DNA of 64,000 nucleotides, taken from the NCBI RefSeq assembly GCF_964204865.1, contig NC_135261.1, positions 4,526,001 to 4,590,000 on the forward strand, in the 5' to 3' direction. Every line of letters begins with the position of its first letter. Position 1 is the first letter of the stretch. Under the pieces are notes generated by a model. It worked only from the letters and a program-made list of their open reading frames with translations, had not been told where the DNA came from and ran no database searches. The translations under genes were made by a program, and so were the position numbers. The stretch comes from Styela clava. Lineage: Eukaryota. Shown here piece after piece: positions 26,431-39,448 of this stretch.

Positions 26431-29344
26431 GTTATCGTAATGACGGATTTGTTGAACATTATATCTAACTGAAACGAGAATTTTAGTCAAGTTTGCAGCA
26501 TACTTTTAATATATGGTAGATCAGGGTAGGCAATGCTGAATCTGAATACATATCAGTCGCTGTTTGTACAGAAACGAAAGATGTGAAATAAGTGTAAATA
26601 AGCGCACTATCGACAATATCAGGTAATCGGTATCGACATGAGTGAATTGTTATCATATCGATCGTTATTCGATGAAAGTTACTAAAACATAGTTTACATA
26701 ATTTTTAGGCAAATGTTCGGGTACATGTGAAAAACCTATACTATCTCTTGTCTTTGTTTTTAGCATAGTTTTGGATCTTTATGTGACAAAAAGATCTTAG
26801 GAATAATCAATGAGACTCCTTTTCTATAGTGTTCTATATTTTTGTGCCGAATAATTAAAAGTTTCTTTCTTAAATAAAAAGTTATAAATAAAATAAATAA
26901 AACTTATTTTATTGTGGTTTTGGAAAATATTTGCTTCTATTATTTGGCGCAAGTCCAGTCCTGATATAAACTCACATTAATATTTTATATCCAGTCAATT
27001 TGATCATCTTAAAAAGCGCTTGAAGTTCTGTGTATGATAAAATAACAGTTTTTTAGTTGGAAATCGGCCTTGATAGCTATTGCAAGGTATACAAAAATTT
27101 GATGATTCTGCGCGTAAGTCTTTTGATTAAGAAAGGACTTGTCACACTTTCGTATTCACTCAGATGCCCTCAAAATTGTTTTTAGTGTTGTGATTGGACA
27201 AAATAAGTCATGTAAACTGCAAAAGTACTATAATTGTAGTTATAGCTTCTATGAGGATGAAATATGACTTTCTACGGAGTTCTCAAACTCAGGTCTTCAA
27301 ATCATCACCATTAGGCAATAAAAAGTATTTTAAGGCAAAGTTTAAGTTAAGGTAAGAATATCATTATACTTAATTTAATGTACTCCTTGAAAAGTCGAAA
27401 TGTACTTCGTGTACTCCAAGTCGTAACTCTAGAATGAAGGCTAATATAAATCTAGTGTATAAGGAATGCTGGTTTTTCATACGACCCAGTACTTTCATGA
27501 TTTAGAACTATTTCTTAGCGGGAAATCATTGTTTTAAAACGGATAACCTTATGTACAATTATAATAAAACAGTGTAGCATTACGATGTCTAATTATTCTA
27601 ACTGCGAATAACAACTTATCTAATTACAAGTGTGCTTCCCGGTAATTCTTTATTCTTATTATTATCTGGTATTAGACGGTAAGACTTGTAGCAATTTCCA
27701 AACACTTCCAAACGCTTAACTTTTTTTTAAAGATTATTTTCGATGCCACCTTGGTATTCGATCACACTTGCTTAACTCAATCGTACACCAAAGCGCAGTG
27801 TTTAGGGAATGCGTATCTCATAAAGACATTGTCATAGTATAATCCTATAAGATTTTCGTTTTCAATACTTATACGATATCCTTGCCTACATTTTATATTA
27901 ATCCACTAGCGAAAAAATGACTTTTTTAGAATCTCGCGATCCAAGGTTATTTATATGCTAAAAAACTAAATGTAGTACTTTAATGGCTGCAAAATTAAAG
28001 GACCAATATAAAGCAATTATTTTCACATAATATTTTCCCCAAAATTACCTCAAAGTGAGGAAGCTGCACTTGTTTTTAAAACCGTGGCGTAAATTTACTC
28101 AAGCAGAATAAGTGCTGCCATTTCTTACGCAGTGATACTTTTCACAACACTTCAAAGCAATGTGAAATGAACAATAACATTTACTAAAAAAATGAAATTA
28201 TTATTTTTTAGGTTTCTGTTACAAAAATAAGCGACCTAAAATTTTGTTCAGGTGACCCAGTTTTGGGTCGCGATCCATAGATTGGGGAAACACTGCGCTT
28301 ATATGTGTTGACAAATGAATTATTGATTTACCATTACTCAGCGCTATTTTACAAATTGCTATTTAATATTGTAATTTGCGCAATTGATTGGGTGTCTGCG
28401 AGACTGTCTACTTATTCTTATTCTATGCATTTGTGTCGGTGGATCTGTATGCATAAAATACAAGGATGCTATAACAAGATTAAAGATACCTAAAAAAATA
28501 ATTCAATAGTCTTTCTGCAAACTAACACAAATGTATTTCTGTATTGATGTATTTGTCTTGTGTGCAGGAAGATTCTTGAATTTCTTAGATAATATTGTAA
28601 TAACTTAGAAAACATAAAACGCAAAAAATTCCACTTTATTATTACATTTTTGTAATCACGATTAACGCATAATACTCGGCACGAGGAAATATGACGTAGT
28701 TTGTCAATAATACATACACGATTTTAAAAATATTATTTAAAAATAAATAAACGTGTATACAGCAATCACGCAGGCATTTTAATTTTGTGCGATTTTGAAG
28801 TAAAGACATAAGTATATCTGCTATGAAAAAAATCCCCATTGAGATTCAATTCGCGCGCTTGAAGCTTTGTTAATAATTCGAATACAAATTACGCGATTAT
28901 TAGAAACTTAAACTTTATTAATTTGTGTTATCGATTGGGTTTCTACGAGACTAACTACATCTCCGTATTTTATGCTTTTGCGCCGATGCATGTAATGCAA
29001 GGATGCTGTAGCAAGAGTGAAGATAATAAGTGCATGCATTCTGTATGTATGTCTGAAGAAGTCTGGCGTCGGTCTGACCAAACGTTACAGGAATATTTGT
29101 ATAAGTATGCTGCAAGACTATTGAATCATCTATGTTTATTATTTATGTTCACGCAAAGAAATTGCTTCCAACTGCACTATAGGTGAATTAAATAGGTGAA
29201 TTAAATTTGTGTGCCGAATTAGCGGGCGATTCCATGATAGGTTAAAGCTAAGGGAAGTGACGTGAAACACTAACTTAGGAATCGTTGCTGTTATGCTGCA
29301 TAATCACAATATATGAGTCAAGATGGCTGCTGTGTACATAACAG

Positions 29345-29560
29345 GATAGGATGGGATTTCCATATTTATCCAGAAGGAGAGCAAAGCCGATAAGACGACT
29401 TAATCATTTGACGAACCGAGCCCTCTCGTCCGGTTATCAGTTCATGTCAGGTATGGAATTAGTTAGCCAGTTATTTGCTTTTAAAGAAATATTCTTGATG
29501 GAAAAGGAAGCTGTAACCGACCAGCGGTCATGTGAACCATCCTACTGTGCACAAATGCGG
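29345..29560 (-). mobile_element. SINE-like dispersed repeat (3' part); other copies 18770-18895 (-) and 34935-35070 (+)
   Basis: Shared aaataactggctaactaat.ccatacc.gac.tg...gattaag.cgtcttatcggcttt.ctctcc, ending in an (ATCCY)n tail; no TIRs. Confidence 0.65.
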
Positions 29561-30504
29561 AAATTAGTTGCAGTGTTTATAATTTAGATATTTAGATTTT
29601 TATAGGTGAAATGTTATTTCTGACTCATTTAGTTATTTTTGTAAAAAAAAAAAAAAAGCGCATGCTTTTCATATAAAGTGAATATTGTTTGGAATTTGAT
29701 GGTATGAATAAATAGTGTTAGCTCACAGTTGTTAGAGTTAAATAGAGAGAGCTGAGGGGGCGCAATGGATCGGGAACTACATGAGATTTGAGATCGATGT
29801 TCACCATCTCACAATAGCTATAATGAATATGATAGACTGAGACTCAGAGTCATATTTTATTTTTCACTTGAGCATTCAAACTAATTCAACATTAATAAAA
29901 AATATAGAAATGGCAGGAGTTGTGACGAACTGAGGGCTTTGTCATGGAGTCTACAACACCTGGGAAAACTCTTTTTTTTTTTCAAAATATATAGCAGCTA
30001 CTGACAATAGCGGTGTTTGCTTGATTAGAATCTTGTTGAAAGCGAAGTTGTTTAACGGTCAGTACATTAAAATATTGCACTATATCAGTTGTTTCAAAAC
30101 TGTACATGTACTCCGAGTGGTTCGTTTCGAATATTTAAAGGGTACATTAAATTCTTTCCGTCAGGTAATACCGAAAAGAGCAATCTTAGTTAGCAATTAG
30201 TTTTACAGTTTATATTTTAAAAGTGGAAGACTCGCCAGGAGAACAGTTAACTCTAATTTTACTAATACTATATAAGCGGACACTAATTAGGCACCACAGC
30301 CTCTCTAAGTTCAAAGGTTTAGGTAATAGGAAATTATAAATTAATTGCCATCTTTTATCGAGTATTTTGGATTATCAGATAGTTTTGCGAAACAAAATGG
30401 TTATTAATTGGGATATTTTGTCGGAAAGGTCGTTTTATGAACTTGAGGTTCAATTTAATAGGCAGAAAATGACGGTTAAAATTAGGTTTTACTGCTTGCA
30501 TTTG

Positions 30505-30740
30505 GGTGCTCCCGAAGTATGCGAACCAAGATGGCGGACATCGGAACGTAACATGGGTAACAGGTTAGGGTTAGGCGATAATTTTTTTCCAATTTTCCTT
30601 ATTTTAGTCCTATTATCAGTTCGAATACGAGCCAAGAGCCTCTCGTAGTATTTATACTAAAAATTATGGCCTAACCCTAACCTAGTACACATATTACATT
30701 CCGATGTCCGCCATCTTAATTCGCATACTTCGGGAGCCCC
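30505..30740. mobile_element. Merlin-like palindromic MITE family B (~236 bp)
   Basis: ~80-bp TIRs containing CAAGATGGCGG and GGTTAGGGTTAGG; perfect TSD tgcatttg. Confidence 0.9.
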
Positions 30741-31059
30741 TGCATTTGTCTTGTAGATTCTAGAGCAGTGGTTCTCAAACTTTATAAGCTATTTAGAATT
30801 TGTCAAGTCTCACGTCCCACCTCAAAAATAACTAGCTGACAATAAGCTACAAGTAACAGATAGTAAAGCAAAAATCTTTTTTATTCAAAAACACGTTGAA
30901 AATACGTGGATGGAACGTAAATATCTAAAATAATTAATTTAGAATGGTATTTCTGAAATGTTAGGTTTTAGTTTAGCTTTTGTCTTACAGTTTTGAGTAA
31001 TTGTAGTAATGAAAGGTTATGCTTTCAGCGTATGCTTCTTTTTAGGCAGTTCTGATAAG

Positions 31060-31330
31060 TGGACATATGGCGCGGCGTAATTGTCGTTATTTGCACAATT
31101 TCACCCTGAAATTGGCTTCAGACAAGATATGAAAGACAGGGTGAGGGCTTTTGGTTTTCGTGTTCATATAATTAAGCATTGCTCTCATGTTTTTGTTGGA
31201 AAGACTATGATCTTTCTGTTCCCGCATTGCCTATACAATTTTATACGGAATTTGAAATGAAAGTATTTTTATTTTTCCACACAGATTATTATTTATAAAA
31301 TGAAATGATTAGGAATAGAACTTAAATAAC
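31060..31330 (+). other. Probable 5' UTR of the GPCR: non-coding exon ending 31140, intron 31141-31284, UTR part of the next exon 31285-31330
   Basis: Donor cagg|gtgagg at 31141 and strong acceptor ttttatttttccacacag ending 31284. The 5' boundary (TSS) is a guess. Confidence 0.5.
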
Positions 31331-34300
31331 ATGGCGGATGCGATTTCAACGTTACAGAAGATAGAGAATTATTCAATATATATCACAACGGCAGAACCGC
31401 TTGGATATTCTGGCAACGGGAGGTGAGAATTTCTATTTTTGCAGCACTTTAGTTGCAATTTGGGGAATTGCAGGGTAATTAATTGGTACCCCCACAAGGC
31501 ACAAGGTTTGGGGCGTAACGTTGCTCGGGGCTCCCATAAAACCGCTCCGTGGCCACCTGAGACATTGATTTGGGTGACAAGGGTTGAGTTTGAGAAACCC
31601 TGCTCGAAAGTAGTTTTTAAGTAAAGAACTATAATATATTCTGCTTAAACTTAATCAGTAGAGGATACGCGAGACTAACTCCCAATCTTTCCGCAATGCC
31701 TTTGCGTTAATGGATTCGTATATGTGCATATTGCAACGATGCTGTAGCAGACCTTAATATGCAATTTAAGAGTCCTGCTCATCCAGTTATTGTTGTAAAC
31801 TGCTTGTCTGAGGAAGTCTGATTTTGGTCAGACAAACAGTTACAGAAATACATTTATGTTAGTATGCAGCAAGACTCTTGAATTGCATAGTATGGTCTAA
31901 TTTATTTCTGCTACACCATTCTTGCATTATAATAATTAGTCTATCAGTTGGGGTTAGGCAAGACTAACCTTTCCTTGCTCTATGCCTTTGTGGAAGTGGA
32001 TCCGTATGCGTGTAACGCAAGGATGCTGTAGCAGAAATACATGGCCATACTATGCAATGCAAGAGTCCTGCTGCACACTAACACAAGTTATTTTCATTTA
32101 TGTGGCGCTCCAGAAGTGTGTGCACCAATATGGAGGTAACTTAGTTTGTTCGCCTATTTTACATAAATTTGTATGAAGGGACTGAAACCTATGGGCAGGG
32201 TGTATATTCACTTGGCTAACACAGACAGTCCTGACCTCGTAATAAAAATAAAATGAGGAAAATCGGAATAAAATTATGGTCTAACCCTAACCTGGTACAC
32301 ATACTACGGAAGTACCATTTGTGTGGAGCAGGACTCTTGAACTGCATAATATTCTACTTTACATTTATTCATCACATTCTAGGTAATATTTTTAATTTAA
32401 TCTATTTATTTCCAGCCAACACGGAACAGTACCAACAATGATGCCGAATCTAACAGCTTCAACATCGAGAGAGGAAATGTTGTTACCATTTGATGACGTC
32501 ACAGTGACGATTGTGGCGATTATTTTGTTATTTTTTCTCGTTTTTGGATTCGTCGGAAATTTACTGACTTTATTGGTTATCGTTACGTCGAGAAAATTGA
32601 GGTGGGTTTCACGTATAGAATGTGGATAAATGATATATAGTGTACAAACTTAAGTTATGGCTACGGATTCGTACGTAAGGTTTACATATATTGTATTCGT
32701 ATTTGTTGTATTGTTAAAAGACTTACTAATATTCCTTAGTTTTTTATTATAACTATATAGTAGAACCCACTCTTATAATATAGGGTGTCCATGAAGCCTT
32801 AAATTTTTTAAAGTTGCGAAGGGAATTTATTTGTTTCGGCCCTCACAGATATATTGAAAGAAGTCAAAATATTTAAACAACAAACCTGGTTAAGATATAT
32901 TTAGAACTGTCTTCATAACAAAATTGAAATTGTAAAAGGACTTTATGGACACCCTGTACAATATTATAATAACTTTTATGCATATAGTGAGGGAGAAATA
33001 ATGAGTTCCAAATAGGAAAATAGGAATTCAACGAAAAGGATTGGGAACCACCGGATCAGGATCTACTCTAGGCCCAATGAAAATTCCACGCCCATTTAAA
33101 AATTCTTTAGACTCACTTGTAGCTTGTGACTGCATCCCAATTATAATTCATTTTTTAGAAATGTCTTCAACCTGTTTATTTTGAGTCTCTGCGTCTCAGA
33201 TTTAATTTCTTCATTGATAAGTTGGATCAATCTATACAGAAGAACATGGGGATTTAATGTATTTGCATTACCAGATTTCTTCTGCGTGGTAAGTATTTAT
33301 TAAATATTAGGTATAATATGGCAACGGCCAAGGCGATTTACCTTTTTGTGAATGGCGCGTAACAATTTCATTGACGTAGTATGGACTATATTTCCATCGG
33401 ACGCCAAAATTGCACTAGTAACGTCAATGTATATAATGTCAGTAGAAGAATTTGGAATGAATTTTTTCACTGAAGCTTATGACCAAAGCATAATCCCCAA
33501 AGGCATCTTCGAAACTAGCTGGAGTGTTCACGAATTACTTAATTTTTGACGGCGCAATGGACTAGCGGTGAAAGCGCAAAAATAAATGTTGTCGAAGGTT
33601 GAACACATCTCGTGTTCAAGTACCATGTCAGATTCTAACTTTTATAATTAAACATTTGGTCGTTTATCAGTTGACCTCAAATGAGAAGTCGGTGTCGGCA
33701 CAAACTTCCCCCCAAGTTTTACATTTCTAGTCCTAGGGTCATCAATACTGTCAAAATAAAAATTAAAATTCTACCTACTTCGTCAATAAAACACCAATCT
33801 CTTCCTATAATGTATTATATATATATACAGGATGTCCATAAAGTTCCTTTATTTTAATTTTCAATTTTGTTATGAAGTCAGTCTCAACCAGGTTTGTTGT
33901 TTTTTAATCAGTATTTTTACTTCATTTAATACATCTGCGAGGGCGAAAACAATGTATGGTATTGTTAAATTCTCTTTGTAATTTAAAAAAGTTATAGGAC
34001 TCTATTATAGAGACCCTATATATCATTGATTTTGTCTCGCTGTAATTTCAATTTCTACAAATAACAACCTCCTCAAACTATTGCAGTTATACTGGGGAGC
34101 AGATATATGGACCTCGTATGTTACAGCCCAACATATTATGAGTTTCGCAATTCTTCGATTACTTTCCGTTTGGAAACCAGTCCTCTTCAGCAAAATAAAA
34201 TCGTGGCACGCAAACGTGAGTCAAATTTTCATTAGAATAATAACAGTTTTTCTCCCTATAAGTTCTGCAAACAATACGCTTCCTCATTCAGTACAAATTT

Positions 34301-36630
34301 CTGAAAGTGTCATTTTTGATAACTTGTTATTTAATTCTCAGTTTACCTTGAATAAAACTAACCAAGCGACAACGCATTTAGACTGTTTGAAATGAGAATT
34401 TATTATTAAAAACTGTAGGTAGGAAACGGTAGGTTAACCGAATATCATGAAAAATACCGACCAAATGTCATGAAATAGACGAATATCATAAAATAACGAA
34501 TAATATGAAATACCCGAATATCACGAAATACCCGAATGTCATAAAATACCCGAATATCATAAAATAACGGAATATATTAAATTGTCCGAATATCATAAAA
34601 TGAAATTTGATTAATTATCAAGTAATACCTGCCATGTATAATGCGTTATGACAAAATTGATATGCGTTTTTTGCTAAAAGCCTAATATCCCACTTTGTTA
34701 TAATAATTCGTCTTTATTTTAGGTATGGATCGCCTCAATCTGGTTTATCGCGTTTCTCAGTGGTTTCATCCCGTTTGCCTTATTCAGTGGAGCAAGGATC
34801 AGGGACAGGAGTGATCGTTCGTCCCCAGTTTCAAGATGGCCGGCATGTACACAAAATGAAGAATGGTAAGCGTAAACTTCTTTCTATTTTCACCTAGAAT
34901 GAGCCCAATATACAAACTCAGCGATTCAAAATTAATATCCGTCAATCTGGAAACAAATAAGTGGCTAACTTATCCGATACCCGACGTGAATAGGTAACCT
35001 GACGACAGGCTGTGATTTGCCATTTGATTAAGCCGTCTTATCGGCTTTCCTCTCCCCCCGGGATTATCCTTCTTTCACCTTTGGTATATTTTTCACGGCT
35101 TTTTATTTTTCGTTTCCTGACCAAATTCTATAAGTATTTATTCTCTTTTTTCCTCTTTTATTTATCCTCATCTTTTTTTTTTATCTTTGATTCCGACGTA
35201 TTCTCAATTTCCATATTTCACTTTATTTCTATTTCTTAGCTTCGCTATTGAATACCAAACTCTTTTCACAGGTTACCGCAATACTCTTTGTACACACAGT
35301 ACGGCTACCCAATCTTTTTCTACGTCCCACTTGTTGCAATCGCTTTAGTTTCCTCAGCTATTGGAGTAGTCATGGTACGACGAACTGCCCCACAATCGAA
35401 ACATGGGAACGATACAAGAGATCAGAAAACAGTGAAAAGAAAACAGAAAGAAAAACAAGCAATCATGCAACTTGCGTTAATTGTAGGATCGTTTATGTTT
35501 GGATACATTCCTTTTACAGGTAATTGACAATGTTGCATTATGAGGGTAAATATATTATAAACAGAAGAGTGAAGCTCAAATAAACGGACAAAAATCTCAA
35601 AACGCGTAGTACGGATACGCTTAAAGTGAAAATGCCTATTTCAGCCAAAAAAAAATTCGTTTTCTTGTAGTAGTTTCCTTGCATGGAAAAATCACATGTT
35701 TGTTTTGTAACGAAAACGGGCCACGAAAAATAAAATATTGAGATCCATGGCCTAAGAGCCCGGTGCTTGAATGCATCAGTATTATCCTTCGGTTCAAATG
35801 TCGGCAAGATTCATGATTATATTTTTTTTAACTTCTCTGTTTCAGTTTTTGAGTTCTACACCATCAACTCGACAGATAAGAGTTTCCGTGGATGGAAAAT
35901 AGACTGGACGTTCGGAACTGCACAATATATGTGTTTGAGATTATCTGAATGTTTGAATCCAATCTTCTATAACTTAGCTTCGACGTAAGTCAATTTATTT
36001 ATATAAATAGAATATATCTGTTTGATACTTTTAACTGAGTATCTTGAAATCGGAATGTTCCACTAGTCCTGTGCTCTCACTTCCGGCAGCACATTCGTAA
36101 TCCACCTGTACGTCGGTACTGTAACTAACCTACATTACTCCGCCCTAAAAATAAAAATTGCGACAATTTGGGCAAGTGTGGGAGAAGTGGGCCGGTATAG
36201 GGCGAGTGAGAAATTTTTGAGAAACGCTTATAATCCTATATATATGAGATGGATTTGTCCAATACTTATAATCGATCGAGTGTCAAAATTGTTGTGTTTC
36301 TGTTAGGGTTAGGGTAGGGACAAGCAAAGCAGATTGCGCTGGAAAATTTTAAATCATTCCTAATCCGAACTGAATAATTATTAATTCCTAATTTGAAAAC
36401 GTGGCGGTGGTGTTTTTCTCAAATCGCGCATATTTGCATCAGTGACAGGATCTTTGTACAAAATATCTCAAATTTGAACTATATTTATCAATCTCTATTT
36501 TATTTTTTACAGCAAAATGCGCAGGGAAACAAAATCATTCCTGAAAAGATTCAAATGCAATATCGTTGATTCTACATCGAATTCAAGCAGCAGAGCTTCT
36601 TCACATTCACACACTGGATTAGAACTATGA
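31331..36630 (+). CDS. Class A (rhodopsin-like) orphan GPCR, 394 aa, 8 coding exons: 31331-31422, 32416-32601, 33159-33288, 34087-34215, 34723-34865, 35272-35519, 35846-35984, 36513-36630
   Basis: All introns are GT..AG and phases match (2,2,0,0,2,1,2), giving one 1185-nt ORF. In-frame TAG at 31316 precedes the ATG (aacATGG). Hallmarks: N-glycosylation sequons NYS/NGS/NLT, TM1 GN (GFVGNLL), TM2 SLCVSDL, TM3 Cys (FFC), TM4 Trp (SIWF), ECL2 Cys (WPAC), TM5 FFYVP, TM6 FMFGYIPF, TM7 CLNPIFY, basic helix 8, Ser-rich tail ending TGLEL*. Confidence 0.93.
32104..32316 (+). mobile_element. Merlin-like MITE family A nested in a family D element in a GPCR intron
   Basis: TSD atttatgt/atttgtgt. Confidence 0.9.
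32781..32956. mobile_element. Tc1/mariner-type MITE family F in a GPCR intron
   Basis: TA|tagggtgtccatgaag ... ctttatggacaccctg|TA. Confidence 0.85.
33828..34018. mobile_element. Tc1/mariner-type MITE family F in a GPCR intron, reverse orientation
   Basis: TA|caggatgtccataaag ... agacccta|TA. Confidence 0.75.
34438..34600. repeat. ~19-21-bp minisatellite (ccgaatatcataaaata) in a GPCR intron
   Basis: About 8 degenerate units. Confidence 0.85.
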
Positions 36631-39111
36631 ATAGAGCGAGATACGAAAGTTCTTTTTTAAGTATAAGGTGTTCAAATGTAATCAAGGAAAACGGAACATC
36701 TAATATTGTTCCGAAAAGTCCGGTAGCTGTATCGGAACTTTATCGTTGGCGAAGATGATAATTGGAAAAAGGTGTTTGAAAATCATAGAATACAGGAGTT
36801 CTTGAATCTTCACTCTTCAAATGGACTACCAAGTTTTTACAGCCTGGATGATATTTCAACCACTCATTTGACCAGAAATACAAGCACATGACTGGATAAT
36901 ATACAGGGACAGGCGCTTTGGAACATCGTACGCAATAACTTGCTATTATCCAGCATACGTTACATTCGTATTTTTTTGTATGAGGCGTTAAAATGTAACT
37001 AAAGATAACAACACTTCTAATATTGTTCTAATATTGAGAAGTTCATGAGCTGATTCGAAACTTTACTCGTTGGCAACAATAGTTGCTTAGTAAAAGGTGT
37101 TTAAGTTAATTATAGAAGACAGAAGTTCTTCAATTGAGCAGTCTCGCAGCTGCCTGGAAAACACTAAGCTGTCAGACAATTACGGAGTGCAACATGTATC
37201 TGATTGTTGCAATAAAGAACTAGCCGGAATGCTCAGAAATTTCCTGACGGCTCACGGATGTCACCTATCTGTTTCACAATTATTCAAGGTAGCGTGTCAG
37301 AAAGAACGTATGACATGTAAGCTCCAAAATACGATAATAGAAAAAGCTCGTTAAGATAAAGGTGCAACATTCCTAACCAGTATGCACAACCGCCGCCAGA
37401 TGTACTCATGATTAGATATATAGAGCGCAGTCGGTGATAGCAAAACGACGCCTATGACAATTTGCCGACACGGCGATTGTTCATTTCCAATCGAATAATA
37501 ATTAAATTATTCAAATATCTTCACCCTTGAAATACCCAATATATTTTCAATCATATTATACACAAAATGCCTCACTTGGACAGGAAGACGTGCGTCCATC
37601 ACCTTTTGACTTTGTTAAACTAAATCTGTGATCATAGAGGTGGGCCCATGTAGCGTGAAGTAAGTGTTTAGCTGTATACAAGGATTTTTATCAAATGTTC
37701 AATAATCAATACTAAAACCTCATTCTAAGTGATTGAAGTGTAAATATATTTGTTTTAGTGTTCAGCACGACTCTTGAATCGTTTAAAATAGTTATCTTTA
37801 CTCTTGCTACAGCATACTTACATTGTACGTATACGGATCTTGTACGTATACGGATTAAGAGAAAATAAAAGAGAGGCTTTTCTAGGAGTCTTATTATCTC
37901 AAGAACCTTGCTGGCCAAAGTCAAATGAAATGTTACAGTGATACATTTTTGTTAGTTGACGGCAAGACTGTTTAACGTATTCAATAGAAGTTAGAAAATT
38001 GAAGCGCAATAAATTTTTAGGTGATTTAAGAGTCTTGCTGCACACTAAAACATATATATATATTTCTGTAACGCTCCGTTTGACTAATTAATTGTTCATG
38101 TATGCGGAAGTCTGATATTGGCCCGATAAATATTTACAGAAATGTATTTGTGTAAGTGAATCCCCTAGGATAGTTATCTTTACTCTTGCTACATCATTCC
38201 TTCAATATATGCATACGGATCCGCCGGCACAAATACATAGAAAAGGATTGGTTGTTAGTAAAAACTTTTTTATTTCTCTTATTTAAACGCAGTTTCAACG
38301 CTTAGGTGCGCTAAGGATTTGGTTTCTGCGAGATTACCTATTATTCTTTTATGCTTTTGTAGCAAAGGCAAATAAATATTGATCAATAATTTAGATTTGA
38401 AAAGTTAGAAATGAACATGGATTAGAGAATTCACAAATATGAACATATTGCAAGTACTAATGATTTGGTTTCTGCGAAACTAACTACTTATCCCTCTTCT
38501 ATGCTTTGTACCTGTGGTCTGTATTCATATATTGCAAGAATGATGTGGAAAGAGTAAAGAGAAGTATTCTAAGTAATTCAAGAGTCTTGCTGCACAGTAG
38601 CGCAAATATATTTCTGTAACGTTTTGTCTGAACAAGATCAGGCATCCTCAGACATACATATTTCAACTATCACTCAGACCTTGGTCAGACGAAACGTTAC
38701 AGAAATATAATTCTGTTAGTGTGCAGCAAGACTCTTGAATCACCTTTGAAGCGTAGTGTAGCGTTATGATCATTATTTATCATCCGATATTCAGGTTATT
38801 TAAAAACATCAGGTTTTGTAAAATATTATTTTTTTGAATTCATAAATATATTTATTTTGAAGTGCAATTCAATTTGTTTTTTAAATAAAATTATGAGAAA
38901 AAAGTGTGCATTTTTAAATTAACTTATTTAGACAATCCAGTAAGAGGTAGAATTTGTACTACTATGTCACTATGTTTCTGAAAGATCATTTTTAGGGGGT
39001 TTTGAGTGTGTGATGGTCGGCCTTGCGTTCGTATTGGCGGTTTGGTGATTACAATGCGAACATAGTTCGATCCCACAGACATTTGATCATCTCCAAGAGC
39101 GTACAATAAAA

Positions 39112-39448
39112 TGCCCATTTCCCCCATCTTAGAGCAATTTACCGTCATTCCCACTTTGTGTGAAATTTCCCTCCTTTTAGTGAAATTTCTCCTACATACA
39201 CTCAAAAATGCATATTTTCCTTATCTTAGAGCAATTTCCCCTCTTTCCCGCATTTCATAACATTTCCCGCTTATTAGTAAATTTTCCCGTCATACCCGTT
39301 TCCCGCATTTCAGGGCCTTAAAAAGCGGGAAACGGGAACGACGGGTAATGCACTAAAAAGCGGGAACTGCGGGAACGACGGGAAATAGTCAATTTCAAAT
39401 TGCGGGAACTACAGGAAATTTCACAAAAAGCGGGAATGACGGGAAGTT
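39112..39448. repeat. Inverted TTCCCG/CGGGAA repeat cluster around a transposon-end-like cagggcctta
   Basis: Left half rich in TTCCCG(C/T), right half rich in (G/A)CGGGAA; 12-bp perfect IR at 39295-39306 and 39325-39336. Confidence 0.75.

Noticed and set aside
30767-31602. Single hAT element enclosing the first GPCR exons (gene capture)
   Set aside because: The two TIR-like ends lack a matching TSD (ttctagag versus ctcgaaag) and appear to belong to separate truncated MITEs.
32416-32438. Unpaired acceptor before ATG 32438 as a spliced-leader trans-splice site
   Set aside because: An upstream in-frame coding exon (31331-31422) with a matching phase-2 donor explains it by cis-splicing.
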